Shown here one piece after another: positions 11,400 through 22,645 of a stretch of 51,000 nucleotides of DNA. This DNA comes from Perkinsela sp. CCAP 1560/9 (lineage: Eukaryota; Protista; Euglenozoa: Kinetoplastea): positions 1 through 51,000 of the forward strand of contig CBFFSA010000057.1 of the NCBI GenBank assembly GCA_965644495.1, given 5' to 3'. The notes under the pieces were generated by a model that was not told the origin of the DNA, made no database searches, and saw only the letters and a program-made list of their open reading frames with translations. Each line of letters begins with the position of its first letter. Within the stretch, counting starts at the first letter, position 1. The position numbers were made by a program, and so were the translations under genes.

Positions 11400-14300
11400 C
11401 ATACCCCTGCCGGGTAAATTGGTAATTACCCGGGTCTGCGACCCAGTTACCCGCACCGACCCGCACCGACCCGCATTGACAGGTCGTCTTAGAAAGCTAC
11501 ATATACATGTATACATCTGTTTGTTGTATCTTGTCATCGAGAAATAAACGTGCATCTTTGTTTCGGACCTTATGGTAAAGTGTTTTAAGGCTAAGTAAGA
11601 AGTCAATAATCATATTACTCTTGTGTTTGATCGCACTAACTAATCTCTGCTTACTTAAACTTATCTGTACTCATGGCTCGTCAACGACGATTAGAGCAGA
11701 CACCTAGCACGCCTGAATTATTTTCTTCATCTGATACTGAAGATGGTAATACCCGAGTCAAAAAAGATGAAGCATCGCGATACTATACGGCACAAAATGA
11801 CAGTAGAATCCTTATCTGGGCAATTCGTGCTCGTGCGCTGTCCTCCCGGATGCACCCACACACACACAGATATTCTCACCGATCCTTTGGGCCAAAAGCT
11901 TCATTTCATATGTACCAAGGAAGGATGCGCTTTTGAATCTCACTCTCGTTATAAAAATGTGTACCACAAGCATCGCCGCGAGTGCTCAAGATCTCTTGAA
12001 AATTCCCGATTGGCACAGGTGGAGAGTGCAAATAATCGGGGAGTAATTGTACAGCGCTTCGTAGGAAAAGTACTGCCATGCTTACAGACCCTAACGAATC
12101 TTTCTTCTAGTCGGTTTGTCTGGCTCGTGCATAAGTACGAGGATTTACGCCCTGATGTACCTGGAACAATGATAAAAAGAGCCCTTCCGGAATCAAATTT
12201 AAAGAAGTGGCACCACTATTGTGAAGTGCTGTCGCATGACATATGGGGAAAACTTTCTGCCGACGTAGACTCGCGTAAGCTCTATGGAATTGCCGTAGAC
12301 GCGGGCATTGACAAGGTAAAGGCTGAACATATCTTGTTGTCTGTGCTGTACGTTGGGTCAGAAGAGTATGTCTTACCACCGATATATTCTCCAAGGCATC
12401 GTGCCTTTGACGGAAAGACGGCAGCTGAGCAGTTGATTTCTACTCTTCTGGCGAACCTTGGTGAAGTTCGTTTGCTCAAAATGAGATACATTATTGCGGA
12501 CGACAGTGCTATAAATCACGTGGCCAGAAACCACTGTGAAGGCGAGCTCAAGCGAATATACGATCGGATTACACCCATTGGTGAGTCTGATACGGCTGCG
12601 CTGTTGCAAGGTATTTCTTCTCTAGTGCCGCGCATTACTCTCCTATCTTGCATCGGACATATGCTAAACAATGTTTGCCAAACAGCCTTGAAACCATACG
12701 AAGAGCTCCCGTGCTTCGCCTTTAAAAAAGCTTTCAGTCAAGCTTTTTACTCCGGAGGACGTGCAAGCGCCATGAAAGGTAAATATCGGGGCGTTGCCCC
12801 GGATTTGGCGCTCGCCCATTTCGATCGAAGTGTCCTAAAAGCAGAAGAAACGTTTCGACAATCATATCATGGACTTGGCGAAGATGTTCCTACCTTCTGT
12901 CGAAAAAAGCTACAGAACACCCTGCTTGAATGTGTGTCGAAATTAAAGGACGTTTCACCGTGCGAGTCGGAACCAATAATTGAGGCACTGTCAACAGATC
13001 AAAAAACGTGGAAAGAGAAGCATTGTCTCCTACTCTCTGAGGGAGTAAAGTTGCTGAAGTCCTTACAAGCGGCACGGGAAACTCGGGGAATTCAAACACC
13101 GAAGCTAGGAGGTGTAACACGATGGTGTACCGACAAATTCACCTGCATGCAGTTCTTGGCCGAGAACATGGCCACTGTCTCGGCATTAGTTCACAATGAA
13201 AGTGAGAAGCCCAAGGCTTCACCCTCCATACTGAAATGTAAACGTTTGCTGGATCAGTTTGGTTTCAGGGCGATCGGTGCCAGTTGCGAAGATTTTCTAC
13301 AGCAATGCAAGATCCTACACAGCGCCTTGCGTAAATTTTCGGACAATGCTGGTAAGCCAATGGCCACGCACGTTGGAACAACGCTGCAACTTTTATTCGA
13401 GCACAGCGAGAGTGAATCTGCACCGGAACTTCTGAAAGAATCTTTGATTTATCACAAAAAGCGCTTGCAGAAAAACCATAACATGCGATTTTGGAGCGAT
13501 ATTCTATGGTTTCGCCCAGCGTGGATCGTGAAATTCGCTCGTCCATGCGCATTACAACCCATTTCAGTGGGTCGAGCGAACAACATATTTGATAAGAATG
13601 CGGATGGAACATCTGCTGAAACTCCGATCTTTGAAATCTCGGCTGACGAGTGGTCGAAGTATGTCTCCTGCTCCGATTATGGTTGGGATCCGACGGTATT
13701 TCTGAACGAGTACGAGTGGTGGTGTGGTCCCGGAAGTGAGATGTTTCCCTCTGTTTGCGAAGCGGCTACGCACTACGTATGGACGCCTCCCTTAGTTAAC
13801 AGATGTGATTCGTGGCTGTCTATAATCGGGTACATGCACAGTTCCAGACAGGCTTCCCTGGCTCCTGATGTCGTTTCTCACCAGATCTTCGTACGTGGAA
13901 ATTGCGACAAATTGGGTTATATTCTTCCGAACGAAGGTGTTTCTCAGGATGGTAGCGATGTTGAAGTATCTGATGTCGAAGAAGATGAATTTGTTATGCA
14001 GTAATGATTAATGTATAATATTTTATTGTTAATATTAATGCTATGCATAGTATCACAGTATCATACACTGCCGTATAAATGTTTTCTATGTGGTGATTCT
14101 TTATAGTTTCACCTTAGTTTGCTAGGACTCGAGGGTAAACTCGACTGGCCAAAAAAAATAAAAAAAAATTGGTACCATTGCGGTGTTAGGGGGTAGGCTT
14201 CCGGTGGGCCTAGGGGGTTCACACCAAAAAAAATAATAAAATAGATGGGCGACACAAGCAAATCAGTAGAGGGAATTCTTCTTATGGAAGGAATTCCTCA

Positions 14301-14507
14301 TCGCTAAAGATACCGTTTCTGTACATAGAGCATTCTGTGCCAATCCTACGAATCAGCACACTTGAGAGGAAATCATTTTGTATTTAATGGCTAGTGCGCC
14401 GATGCGGGTCTGTGTGGGTCGGTGCGGGTAACTGGGTCACAGACCCGGGTAATTTACCCGCACAGACCCGCTAATGGGTAATTACCCATCGACCCGGCAG
14501 GGGTATG
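11400..14507 (+). mobile_element. CATA-family hAT-like transposon 1 (3.1 kb, uninterrupted)
   Basis: TATTTA|CATACCCCTGCCGGGT...ACCCGGCAGGGGTATG|TATTTA; ACCCGCACCG subterminal repeats inverted at the two ends. Confidence 0.92.
11743..14004 (+). CDS. hAT-like transposase with a D-D-D triad (true start possibly 11673, with a 1-nt frameshift)
   Basis: BED-like finger CTKEGC...H...C; IAVDAGID; IIADDSAIN; CIGH; TRW; WW...FP; CDSWLS in the position of ERxFS. Confidence 0.82.
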   Translation: MVIPESKKMKHRDTIRHKMTVESLSGQFVLVRCPPGCTHTHTDILTDPLGQKLHFICTKEGCAFESHSRYKNVYHKHRRECSRSLENSRLAQVESANNRGVIVQRFVGKVLPCLQTLTNLSSSRFVWLVHKYEDLRPDVPGTMIKRALPESNLKKWHHYCEVLSHDIWGKLSADVDSRKLYGIAVDAGIDKVKAEHILLSVLYVGSEEYVLPPIYSPRHRAFDGKTAAEQLISTLLANLGEVRLLKMRYIIADDSAINHVARNHCEGELKRIYDRITPIGESDTAALLQGISSLVPRITLLSCIGHMLNNVCQTALKPYEELPCFAFKKAFSQAFYSGGRASAMKGKYRGVAPDLALAHFDRSVLKAEETFRQSYHGLGEDVPTFCRKKLQNTLLECVSKLKDVSPCESEPIIEALSTDQKTWKEKHCLLLSEGVKLLKSLQAARETRGIQTPKLGGVTRWCTDKFTCMQFLAENMATVSALVHNESEKPKASPSILKCKRLLDQFGFRAIGASCEDFLQQCKILHSALRKFSDNAGKPMATHVGTTLQLLFEHSESESAPELLKESLIYHKKRLQKNHNMRFWSDILWFRPAWIVKFARPCALQPISVGRANNIFDKNADGTSAETPIFEISADEWSKYVSCSDYGWDPTVFLNEYEWWCGPGSEMFPSVCEAATHYVWTPPLVNRCDSWLSIIGYMHSSRQASLAPDVVSHQIFVRGNCDKLGYILPNEGVSQDGSDVEVSDVEEDEFVMQ

Positions 14508-14543
14508 TATTTAGTACTTCGCCCCCTACTTAGTGCTTAATTT

Positions 14544-14947
14544 GGTTAAAGTAAAGCAAAATTCGCCTTTTTTGAAAAAAATTGCTTTACACCCTATCTA
14601 GAAATCTACCTTTGCACTTCTTAGTACAGTGCCACACACTATCCTCTAATTCCATTTCTTTTGTTGATGAGTGTGTCCTTTTTCCACAGAAAACCCTTCT
14701 CGTGACAAGCCCGTGGCTTTGAAGCCACTGCTCGCACTATGCTTCCGTCCGGCGTGATATACGGCTGAGGGTGAACTTTCTTCGACAAGCGAACCCCCGA
14801 CACCCCTGGCATACCATAGAAAATAACGGAAAAAGGGTATACAATAGTCATATACAATATTATGTACGTAGATAATGTCCTTTTGTCGAAAGGAAAAATG
14901 TCAAGCTAAAAAGTTATAAGAAAAGCGAATTTTCTTTTACTTTCACC
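14544..14947. mobile_element. Non-autonomous Merlin element, 8-bp TSD
   Basis: CTTAATTT|GGTTAAAGTAAAGCAAAATTCGC...GCGAATTTTCTTTTACTTTCACC|CTTAATTT. Confidence 0.88.
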
Positions 14948-15121
14948 CTTAATTTCAACGCTTAGTAGAGATTGGCGCGGCAAAGCGGCGCCGATTTTTG
15001 GGTGAAACTGAAGCAAACTTAGCTTTTTTCTTGATTAATTTTTTTTCCTATTTTTTGCCCCCCCAAAAAAAAAATCTTTTTATTCTACTAGGCTTATTTT
15101 TTGATTTTTCGTGATTTTGTT

Positions 15122-17218
15122 ATGCTTTGTCAAGGGTGTGCTGGGTTTTCTTGTCGGGGTGACCTCACATTAAGCAAAGTTGCACTTTGGACCGAGCAGT
15201 AATGTGCCGAATGGATGAAAAGCCACAAGCTGGTAGCCCAGAAAGTTGTGTGCTACAGGAATGTACACAAGTCACCCCAACACATGAAACTCACTGGCGC
15301 AAAGTGGTGGTGTACCAAAAATTGCAACGGAAGGTATGGTGCTTTGGGGCCGCTTGTTCCCGGCAGAGCTCATAGAACCACCAAACAAATGCTGAAATAT
15401 GTCATTCTCTATGTACGGGGCGGGCGTCATGCCGATGCAGAAGCGGAAGCGGAGGTGAGCAACCGAACCGTAGTATCTTTAAGACAGTGGATGGACTCTT
15501 TAATGCCCACTGCTCACTTACGTCGACGCATTCGGAATCGATCATCCATTACTAGAATGCAATGCGATAAAACTTTCTATTCCATCAGAAAGCGCCATCG
15601 TGGACGTCATGGGGCCAGACGTGTACAGTCAGCAAAAAAACCGTTCGAATGTTTCGGTTCTTTTTTTCTTTTGTATAGAGCTATTGATTAAATATCACCG
15701 TTGCGCTGGTAATGTGTGCTAGTAGTGTAGGCATGAGTGTCACCTAATAGTACCCGTGGATAGTTCACCTCAGCTCGTTCTACCAAAGAAATAAGAATGA
15801 ATATAAAAAAGTTTAGAATTCGAAAGGTTTTTTTGCTACCTATTATAGAGAAAATCTTGTCCCAAAAAATAGATGAAACGTAATCGCCCAAGAGAGATTA
15901 TGCCCGTAAAATTAGTATTTAGTATTCCCCCCACGAGCCTTCAGCACTGCCTTCGTACGGGCAGGCATACTGTCCACCTGGGCACGACATACTGAGGGTG
16001 GTATGTTCGCCCATTCCATTTTTACCCTCTCCCACAACTCTCGGACCCCGCTTGGTGGATCATCGTGCGCTGCAAGGCGCCGCTTGAGTTCCCCCCAAAC
16101 GTTTTCGATTGGATTTAAGTCAGGGACTGCGGGGGCCACCGCATGACTTCAAACCCGGTACCGCGGAGGTGCCGTTGCGCACAATGGTTTGTGTGCTTGG
16201 GGTCATTATCTTGTTGGAAGATGACCATTGGGGGGTCTAGACGCATAGTTTCAATGGAGGGGGCAAGATGTTGTGGGAGAGGGTAAAAATGGAGAGAGTT
16301 GTTGGGAGAGAGTTGTTGGGTTCGAGAGTTGTGGGAGAGGGTAAAAATGGAATGGGCGAACATACCACCCTCAGTATGTCGTGCCCAGGTGGACAGTATG
16401 CCTGCCCGTACGAAGGCAGTGCTGAAGGCTCGTGGGGGGAATACTAAATACTAATTTTACGTGCATAATCTCGCTTGGGCGATTACGTTTCATCTATTTT
16501 TTGGGACAAGATTTTCTCTATAATAGGTAGCAAAAAAACCTTTCGAATGCTAAACTTTTTTATATTCATTCTTATTTCTTTGGTAGAACGAACTGAGGTG
16601 AACTATCTACGGGTACTATTAGGTGACACTCATGCCTACACTACTAGCACACATTACCAGCGCAACGGTGATATTTAATCAATAGCTCTATACAAAAGAA
16701 AAAAAAACCGAAACATTCGAACGGTTATTTTGCTGACTGTACGTAGCGATGGAACGCAAGTAGCACAGACTATCGCTGTTACTACCAGATCTAACAAATT
16801 ATCCGAAATTTTCATGGAAATAGTCTCTGATCGCACTGCCGCAACGCTCGTTCCAAAAATTGATGAACTTGCTTCTGGGGGTCGCACTCGAATTTGGACT
16901 GATGGCGCCCGTCATAATCTAAAACTTCGGTCCAAGTACGAGTGACGAAGTGTAAATCATCGTCAGCAATGGGTCACCCCAGACGGGGTACATACAAACA
17001 CTGTCGAATGTGCTAACTCTATGGCTAAGAAGCGTTTGAAGCGTGAAGGAAATGTTTTGGGGAGCAAGCCAGGGAAAAGATCAGACCGAGTTCAAGCAAT
17101 TGCATCAGTTCAAGCAATTGCTGAAAAGTGTAACGGAAGTTTGAAGAGGAACGGCGGGGATGTCATGCTGAGAATCCTCGAGAACTTGCAGACTCATTGC
17201 ACTTGTATTCATCTTTAA
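15122..17218 (+). pseudogene. Merlin transposase with stops, split by T1
   Basis: Zn-ribbon N-terminus, MQCDKT, IWTDG, VNH, HTNTVE; removing T1 rejoins GARRV-RSDGTQ in frame. Confidence 0.85.
15626..16739. mobile_element. Foldback Tc1 derivative T1 made of two 3' halves head to head
   Basis: TA|CAGTCAGCAAAA...TTTTGCTGACTG|TA; ~418-bp inverted arms each encoding ...KARGGNTKY*; QQDNDPKH...PDLNPIE (D34E spacing after correcting one frameshift). Confidence 0.9.
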
Positions 17219-17927
17219 GTTCACAGAGTTATGTAAGAAAGTCTTAAGATATTGAAGTAAGAAAGAAATCAATTTAAATTCATTGTACTGGAAGAGAGTA
17301 GCTTCGAAGTAGAGCCAGGATTCATCGGAAATATCAAAAAATATGAAAAATGCTAAATTTGCTTCAGTTTAACCGATTTTTGATAATATTACATTTCGTC
17401 TGATCTACCCATTTGAAATAAAAGTGGAAACAGTTTCGTTTTCTTGACACGCCCCTCTCTGTTGTATGTCGATTGGACCCCTTTCTGGCTGGTGCAGATC
17501 AAGCCAACCACTCCCTCGAGTTGGTTCACTGACTAAACAGATTGACAGAGCCATCAAAATCTTTTTGATCCCTCTTTCTCATTTGGTGTTCAGTGCCAAC
17601 TATGTTCGCCAACGATTTTTACCACCGGAACCTGTCATCGTGATTCCGTCACCTGAAGAGGTCAGCACTTCATTGGTTCAGGTTGATACCCTGCAGCGAG
17701 AGAAAGAAGCTGTACCCGCGAAAAAACGACGCATTGATTACCCCCCTCTAATAAGTAATTACTATCCCCCCCTATTTACATACCCTGGAGTAATCGATGT
17801 AGTAAATTACTACCGGTTACTACCGATTACTACATTGTTCAGTGTAATTATCTGCTAGTCCCAAAATTTAGTGTGAGTATCACCAATTCTATATCCCGCC
17901 TTGTGGTTGTACATACAGTTGTATATA

Positions 17928-18647
17928 CTGTCCCCCCTACTTAAGAGTCCGCGGGATACCCCCCCCTACTTAAGAGTCCTTTTTGACGGAGCCTCGGGCT
18001 GCCTGCGGCGCGAAGCGCCGCCAGATTTTTTTTTGATTGTTTTCTATTTTCTATGATTTTTTTATGTTGTCTGCCCATTGCGTTTAGTTGCGTTTTTAAT
18101 ATTTCAAAGCTATTTATACTTGATAGTACTCCGAGGAAGGAGTAGACATGGGACACAACCATCCTCCTCAACCCCCTTCAACTCTCTCGCGAACTGATCG
18201 AAGTTCTCCTCCCCTCCGATCACCCTTCTCACACGAGAACGGCAAATCTGCCGACCAACCCCCTTCATCTATCTCCCCATCTAACCAAGGTAACCTTCCG
18301 TTACCCCATTCCGGTAGCCAACCTCGTTCTCTTCTATCCCAAGTGTGCGCGGTATTGCATTACGAATATCATTATATTCTCCTGCATATCAAGGGTCACA
18401 TTTTGAATATTTATGACAGTTTTTTTGAACGTACCTCTGTAGCACGTGGGGTACAGACGCCGATCTTCATTAGACCAAAATAGAGAAAAAAAAATAGAGT
18501 AAAAAAATATAGACAAAAAAGGAACCGGCCATATTGAAATTTTATGAAAAAATGCTGACCCCCTACTTAAGAGTCCGAAAAATTGTGACCCCCCACTTAA
18601 GAGTCCAAATGCCCAAAATCGGCGGACTCTTAAGTAGGGGGGGGCAG
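17928..18647. mobile_element. 720-bp non-autonomous TA element D
   Basis: TA|CTGTCCCCCCTACTTAAGAGTCCGC...GCGGACTCTTAAGTAGGGGGGGGCAG|TA, with internal copies of the TIR motif. Confidence 0.88.
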
Positions 18648-19342
18648 TATGTATTTCATGGTCGAAATGACAATAGTCTTGTAATTTCTACTCTCTCCAT
18701 TGTTCAGTCATGATGCGGCGGGGCACGGGGAAGCGCGTGCGGAAAAGTAGAGAATCTGAATCGGTGGCTGGAGGAGGCGAATCTGTTGATGTGGGTGGAG
18801 AACCTGAATCCCCAAGAGTCACCCGAGAGCAGCGTTCTAATCCTTCAGCGCGTGTGCGCAGGGAATTGTCGAGGGCACTGGGGCAGCGTTTGAATGAATC
18901 TCCAACACAGGCAACAGTAACTACTTCAGGATTGTTAACTCCGAATTCACGACAATTAACACGAGCACGTACGGGAAATGTGGATGATCCTTTGAGATAC
19001 GGAGAGCTATCCTTGTTTTTTAAGTACGAGCTTTGCAATTTCTCTAATTCTGAAAACGAAAATGATTCTACCAGCGCATGCCAGAAAGAACTTGAAACAC
19101 GCACCGACATTGGGACATACCTGCAAGACGCAGCAAACCAACGACGTCATGCAATCTGCCTGTACTGTGGCGCTGTTTTTCACAGCCGTTGCACACAGAC
19201 TTAGAGGGCTGAAACCTGGAGGACCCTGTCACTTATCAGGTGGGATCGGGTGGAATCGGTCGGGATCGGCGCTTGAGTAGCTTCTTAAGATACTGTATTT
19301 TTTACTACTTTGACCTTTTTTCTATCACTTTTTATTCTTTAT

Positions 19343-19441
19343 TAGGCTCTTCGTTAAACGTAGTGGTTGTTTTCAACTTAGATGACACCACTGCTGCACG
19401 CTTCGCCTTGAAAACTACTGCCGCGTTTAACGAAGAGACTA
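19343..19441. repeat. 99-bp hairpin element, copy 1
   Basis: TAGGCTCTTCGTTAAACG...CGTTTAACGAAGAGACTA; homolog at 41069..41167. Confidence 0.8.
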
Positions 19442-19941
19442 AAAAAATGGAGAACGATACTAAAACAACAACGATCGTATCTACAACTTTGCTTGTTAAG
19501 TAGTACTTTACTTGTTAAGCAGAACAGTACTTGCTTTTAGAGGGGGGAAAGTCCTTCAACAAAGTACTTTCAGCAATTCAACCCTGAATGTATTGCATCA
19601 CGCAATTCCCCCCTATTTTTGGGACATTTAGACTAAATACTAAATTAGTATTTTTGTGTGATTCAATTTGTTCCCAAATAATTTCGATGGGGTTGAGATC
19701 AGGAGACTTAGGCATAGTCTAACTAGTATTTTAGTATATACTATAGTATATACTATGAGATACTACTTTTCGAAGGTGTCTATAATCTTATTAAGTGTCT
19801 ATAGAAATGTAGTTTTTCCCTGTATATGAATGGAAAGATTTGTCTTTATTGCGACATTTAGGACTGGTACACAAGTATTGCTCAGCCTTTTTGTTTACAC
19901 CTTATCACTTCCTTTAATCACCTTGTCACTCACTGTTTTAA

Positions 19942-21906
19942 ATGACGCAACGTTCAAAGAACTCGGAAAGCGCACCTTCAACCCCCACCCCTGAAAACAC
20001 AAGAAAGCGACCGTCAGCACGGGAGCTTCGCGAGAGAGTAGCCGCAATTACGTCACAGTTAGAGGAGACACCTTCCCAAGTAGCGTTAAGTGCGTCCCTC
20101 TCTCCCCTTGAAGAGGAGAATGCTCTCCAGAGAAAGAGAAAAAGCAACTGCGGGAACGATCCACTCGCTTGTGGAAGCCTCCGTCGACAGCAGCAATTAA
20201 CGTACGAGCGATGCGATCTCGGCGTTGAGTCCTCTGCAAAATTGTGCCTCGAGTGGGCTCGGAAAAACGTCTCAGGCATCCGGAATGATGCTATGGGCCA
20301 CTCACAGCATGTTCGATGTAAAGTATATGGGTGGGTGACCCATAGCAAGGGGGAGAATTTTTGTTATAAACATTTGAAAGAGTGCTGCTCGAAGGCGCAG
20401 CAGGGGATGGAAGACTCCAGTGAAGTTGCAAATCCCAAGTCGCTAGAGGAGTACATCTCCGAAGCTCTCCCATGTTTCGCAGCTCAGAGCAATCTTTCTA
20501 CCGAAGGATTCCTCGAGTGCGTAAAGAACTTATTTCAAGAATTTCCCCCCGACATACATCCTTCAGAAGCTGCATCGATCCTTCCTTCTCCTCGCGAATT
20601 TCATTCACTTGTTTCCATTCACTTGTTTCATAATATGGCCAAAGATGCAATGCAGCACTACGCAAATCTGCCAATTATGAAAGTAAGAACATACTTCTCC
20701 AGGATTTTCTATGCAGGGGACCGTGTGGGGGCAAAGAAGGGGAAGTATTTCGGAAAAGCTCTTGAAGATAAATTAAGCGCCTTTGACGAAGAGACTCAAA
20801 AAGCTGAATCGTACTTTAAATCTTTTTATCGTTCTGTGAACAGCGAAAAACTTGACAAGAGGGGTCGCAGGGACACCATAGCTCATCTCAAGGAAGCATT
20901 GCAAACTCTCTCGAAAGTATCTTTAAAGGCACGCGATGTGTTTGCCGAACTGAATCAAACTCTGGAAATAGAAGACCAATGTGAGATTCTAATTGCGAAA
21001 GGTGCTAGTGTGGTGAAATCCATTGCACATTCTCATGAAATTCGAGCCGTCACTTCTCCCAAATTTGGCGGGGTCACGCGATGGCTCGCGGATAAATTCG
21101 AAAGCATGAGGTTTTTGGCTGATCAGTTGCCTACTGTCGCATCCTTCATAAAAAGTGAACTGGAAACTCTGCGAGCCCCTCAATCTGTCCACCATTTGGC
21201 TGATTTGTTCGAAAACAACTCTTTGAACGACTTGATGCAGTCTACGAAGGATTTCCTGAAAGACTGTATGCCTTTACGCATCGCACAAGAAAAATTCTCT
21301 GACATGCAGGATCGTCCTATGGCAACTCTTGTTCATCCAACTTTGCGACAGCTTGTCGAGTCCGCTGAGAATGCATCCAGGCATTTCTTAGAGTCGATAC
21401 ATCGGCACGTCAATAGAGTATGCTCAAACCACGAGATGAAGGTATGGGCAGCTGTGATGTGGTTTTCGCCTGAGTGGATCGTCTTATCAGCTCGACCTCG
21501 CAAGAAGGAATCCCTTTCAGTGGAACGGGTAAATGATTTGTTGGGAACTGGCGACCCGATTTTCGACATTACTATTGAGGAATGGAGTACGTACATAAAC
21601 TGCGACGATTACCAGTGGACACCCGGCATGAGCGATCTTGAGTGGTGGCAAACACTTGGGTTGAAACATTTTCCGACAATTTTTGAAGCTGCATTGCATT
21701 ACCTATGGCTTCCTCCTCTAGTGACGGCATGTGACTCTATCCTTTCGGTACTTTCCTGGAAATATTGTGCCCGTCAAGCTCGCATTGGAACAGATGTTGT
21801 AGCGACACAAATGTTTCTTCGCGGAAACGAGAACTCGCTACCATATCGTGCAAGTCGTGCAAAAAAGGCGGCAAAGCGTGGATCTGACACGGAACACTCC
21901 ATATAA
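19942..21906 (+). CDS. CATA-family transposase with an in-frame deletion of the D1-D2 region
   Basis: Homologous to 11743..14004 (PKFGGVTRW, ACDSILS, QMFLRGN) but jumps from LPSPREFH directly to HLFHNMA. Confidence 0.75.
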   Translation: MTQRSKNSESAPSTPTPENTRKRPSARELRERVAAITSQLEETPSQVALSASLSPLEEENALQRKRKSNCGNDPLACGSLRRQQQLTYERCDLGVESSAKLCLEWARKNVSGIRNDAMGHSQHVRCKVYGWVTHSKGENFCYKHLKECCSKAQQGMEDSSEVANPKSLEEYISEALPCFAAQSNLSTEGFLECVKNLFQEFPPDIHPSEAASILPSPREFHSLVSIHLFHNMAKDAMQHYANLPIMKVRTYFSRIFYAGDRVGAKKGKYFGKALEDKLSAFDEETQKAESYFKSFYRSVNSEKLDKRGRRDTIAHLKEALQTLSKVSLKARDVFAELNQTLEIEDQCEILIAKGASVVKSIAHSHEIRAVTSPKFGGVTRWLADKFESMRFLADQLPTVASFIKSELETLRAPQSVHHLADLFENNSLNDLMQSTKDFLKDCMPLRIAQEKFSDMQDRPMATLVHPTLRQLVESAENASRHFLESIHRHVNRVCSNHEMKVWAAVMWFSPEWIVLSARPRKKESLSVERVNDLLGTGDPIFDITIEEWSTYINCDDYQWTPGMSDLEWWQTLGLKHFPTIFEAALHYLWLPPLVTACDSILSVLSWKYCARQARIGTDVVATQMFLRGNENSLPYRASRAKKAAKRGSDTEHSI

Positions 21907-22645
21907 AATAATATCGAACTACATGGCGCACAGAGTATCATACATATAGAGTATCGTAGCATACAGGGTATACATTGCGGTAAATATCAATTGAATTGCG
22001 GTAAATAGAATATATGGTAATATTGCGATAATATTCGTACGTCCAGAGCTCCGTTTTGTGGTATTTCTTCTCCGTATCTGAGATATTTTTCTCTGGTTTT
22101 TTTCTCAGTGTTCAACAAGCGAAATACTTTTTTCGTCCACAGCAACGGTTTATTGTACTATTATGCACTATGTATTGACGTCGGAACTGGGTTCTGTGGT
22201 TTAACTCAGTGTCGTGTAAGTCCTTGAAGTATTCCTTCAGGTATCTTTATCAATTCAGAATAACATATAAAGATATATTTATGCATTGATGAAAATAGCC
22301 ACGTTTAGTATTTTTTATTACACTACAATATATTAATTTTATTCGTATATTCGTGCTACACGCTCTTGATCTGTTTCTTTTCTTACATCATATACCAATG
22401 AAAAATATGTGAGGAAGCGTTTATGCGCGGAATGCGAGATCTGAACTCCTTTCACCCCTCAACTCACTTTTTCACGCACTCGACTCAACTTTCGCTCAGG
22501 ATAAGCATCCTTTCACCTCTCTGTGCGCATCTGCGCTGTGGTAAACCAAATCAATTCCTGATTTTTAAGGAAGTTTATTGGTTGATTTGTTAAGTAACTG
22601 TTGGAGAATGAAGCATTCAGAATATTCTCCTGCTTCCTTTGTCTA

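Larger units (their letters stand above)
15001..17374 (+). mobile_element. Merlin (IS1595/ISXO2-like) transposon M1, 8-bp TSD
   Basis: GATTTTTG|GGTGAAACTGAAGCAAACTTAGC...GCTAAATTTGCTTCAGTTTAACC|GATTTTTG. Confidence 0.92.

Noticed and set aside
14311-14330. GTTTCTGTAC resembling the spliced-leader exon end
   Set aside because: Too short; no upstream SL exon or TTG/GT donor context.
15688-16678. Two near-identical 67-aa hydrophobic ORFs
   Set aside because: Translations of the inverted non-coding arms of T1.
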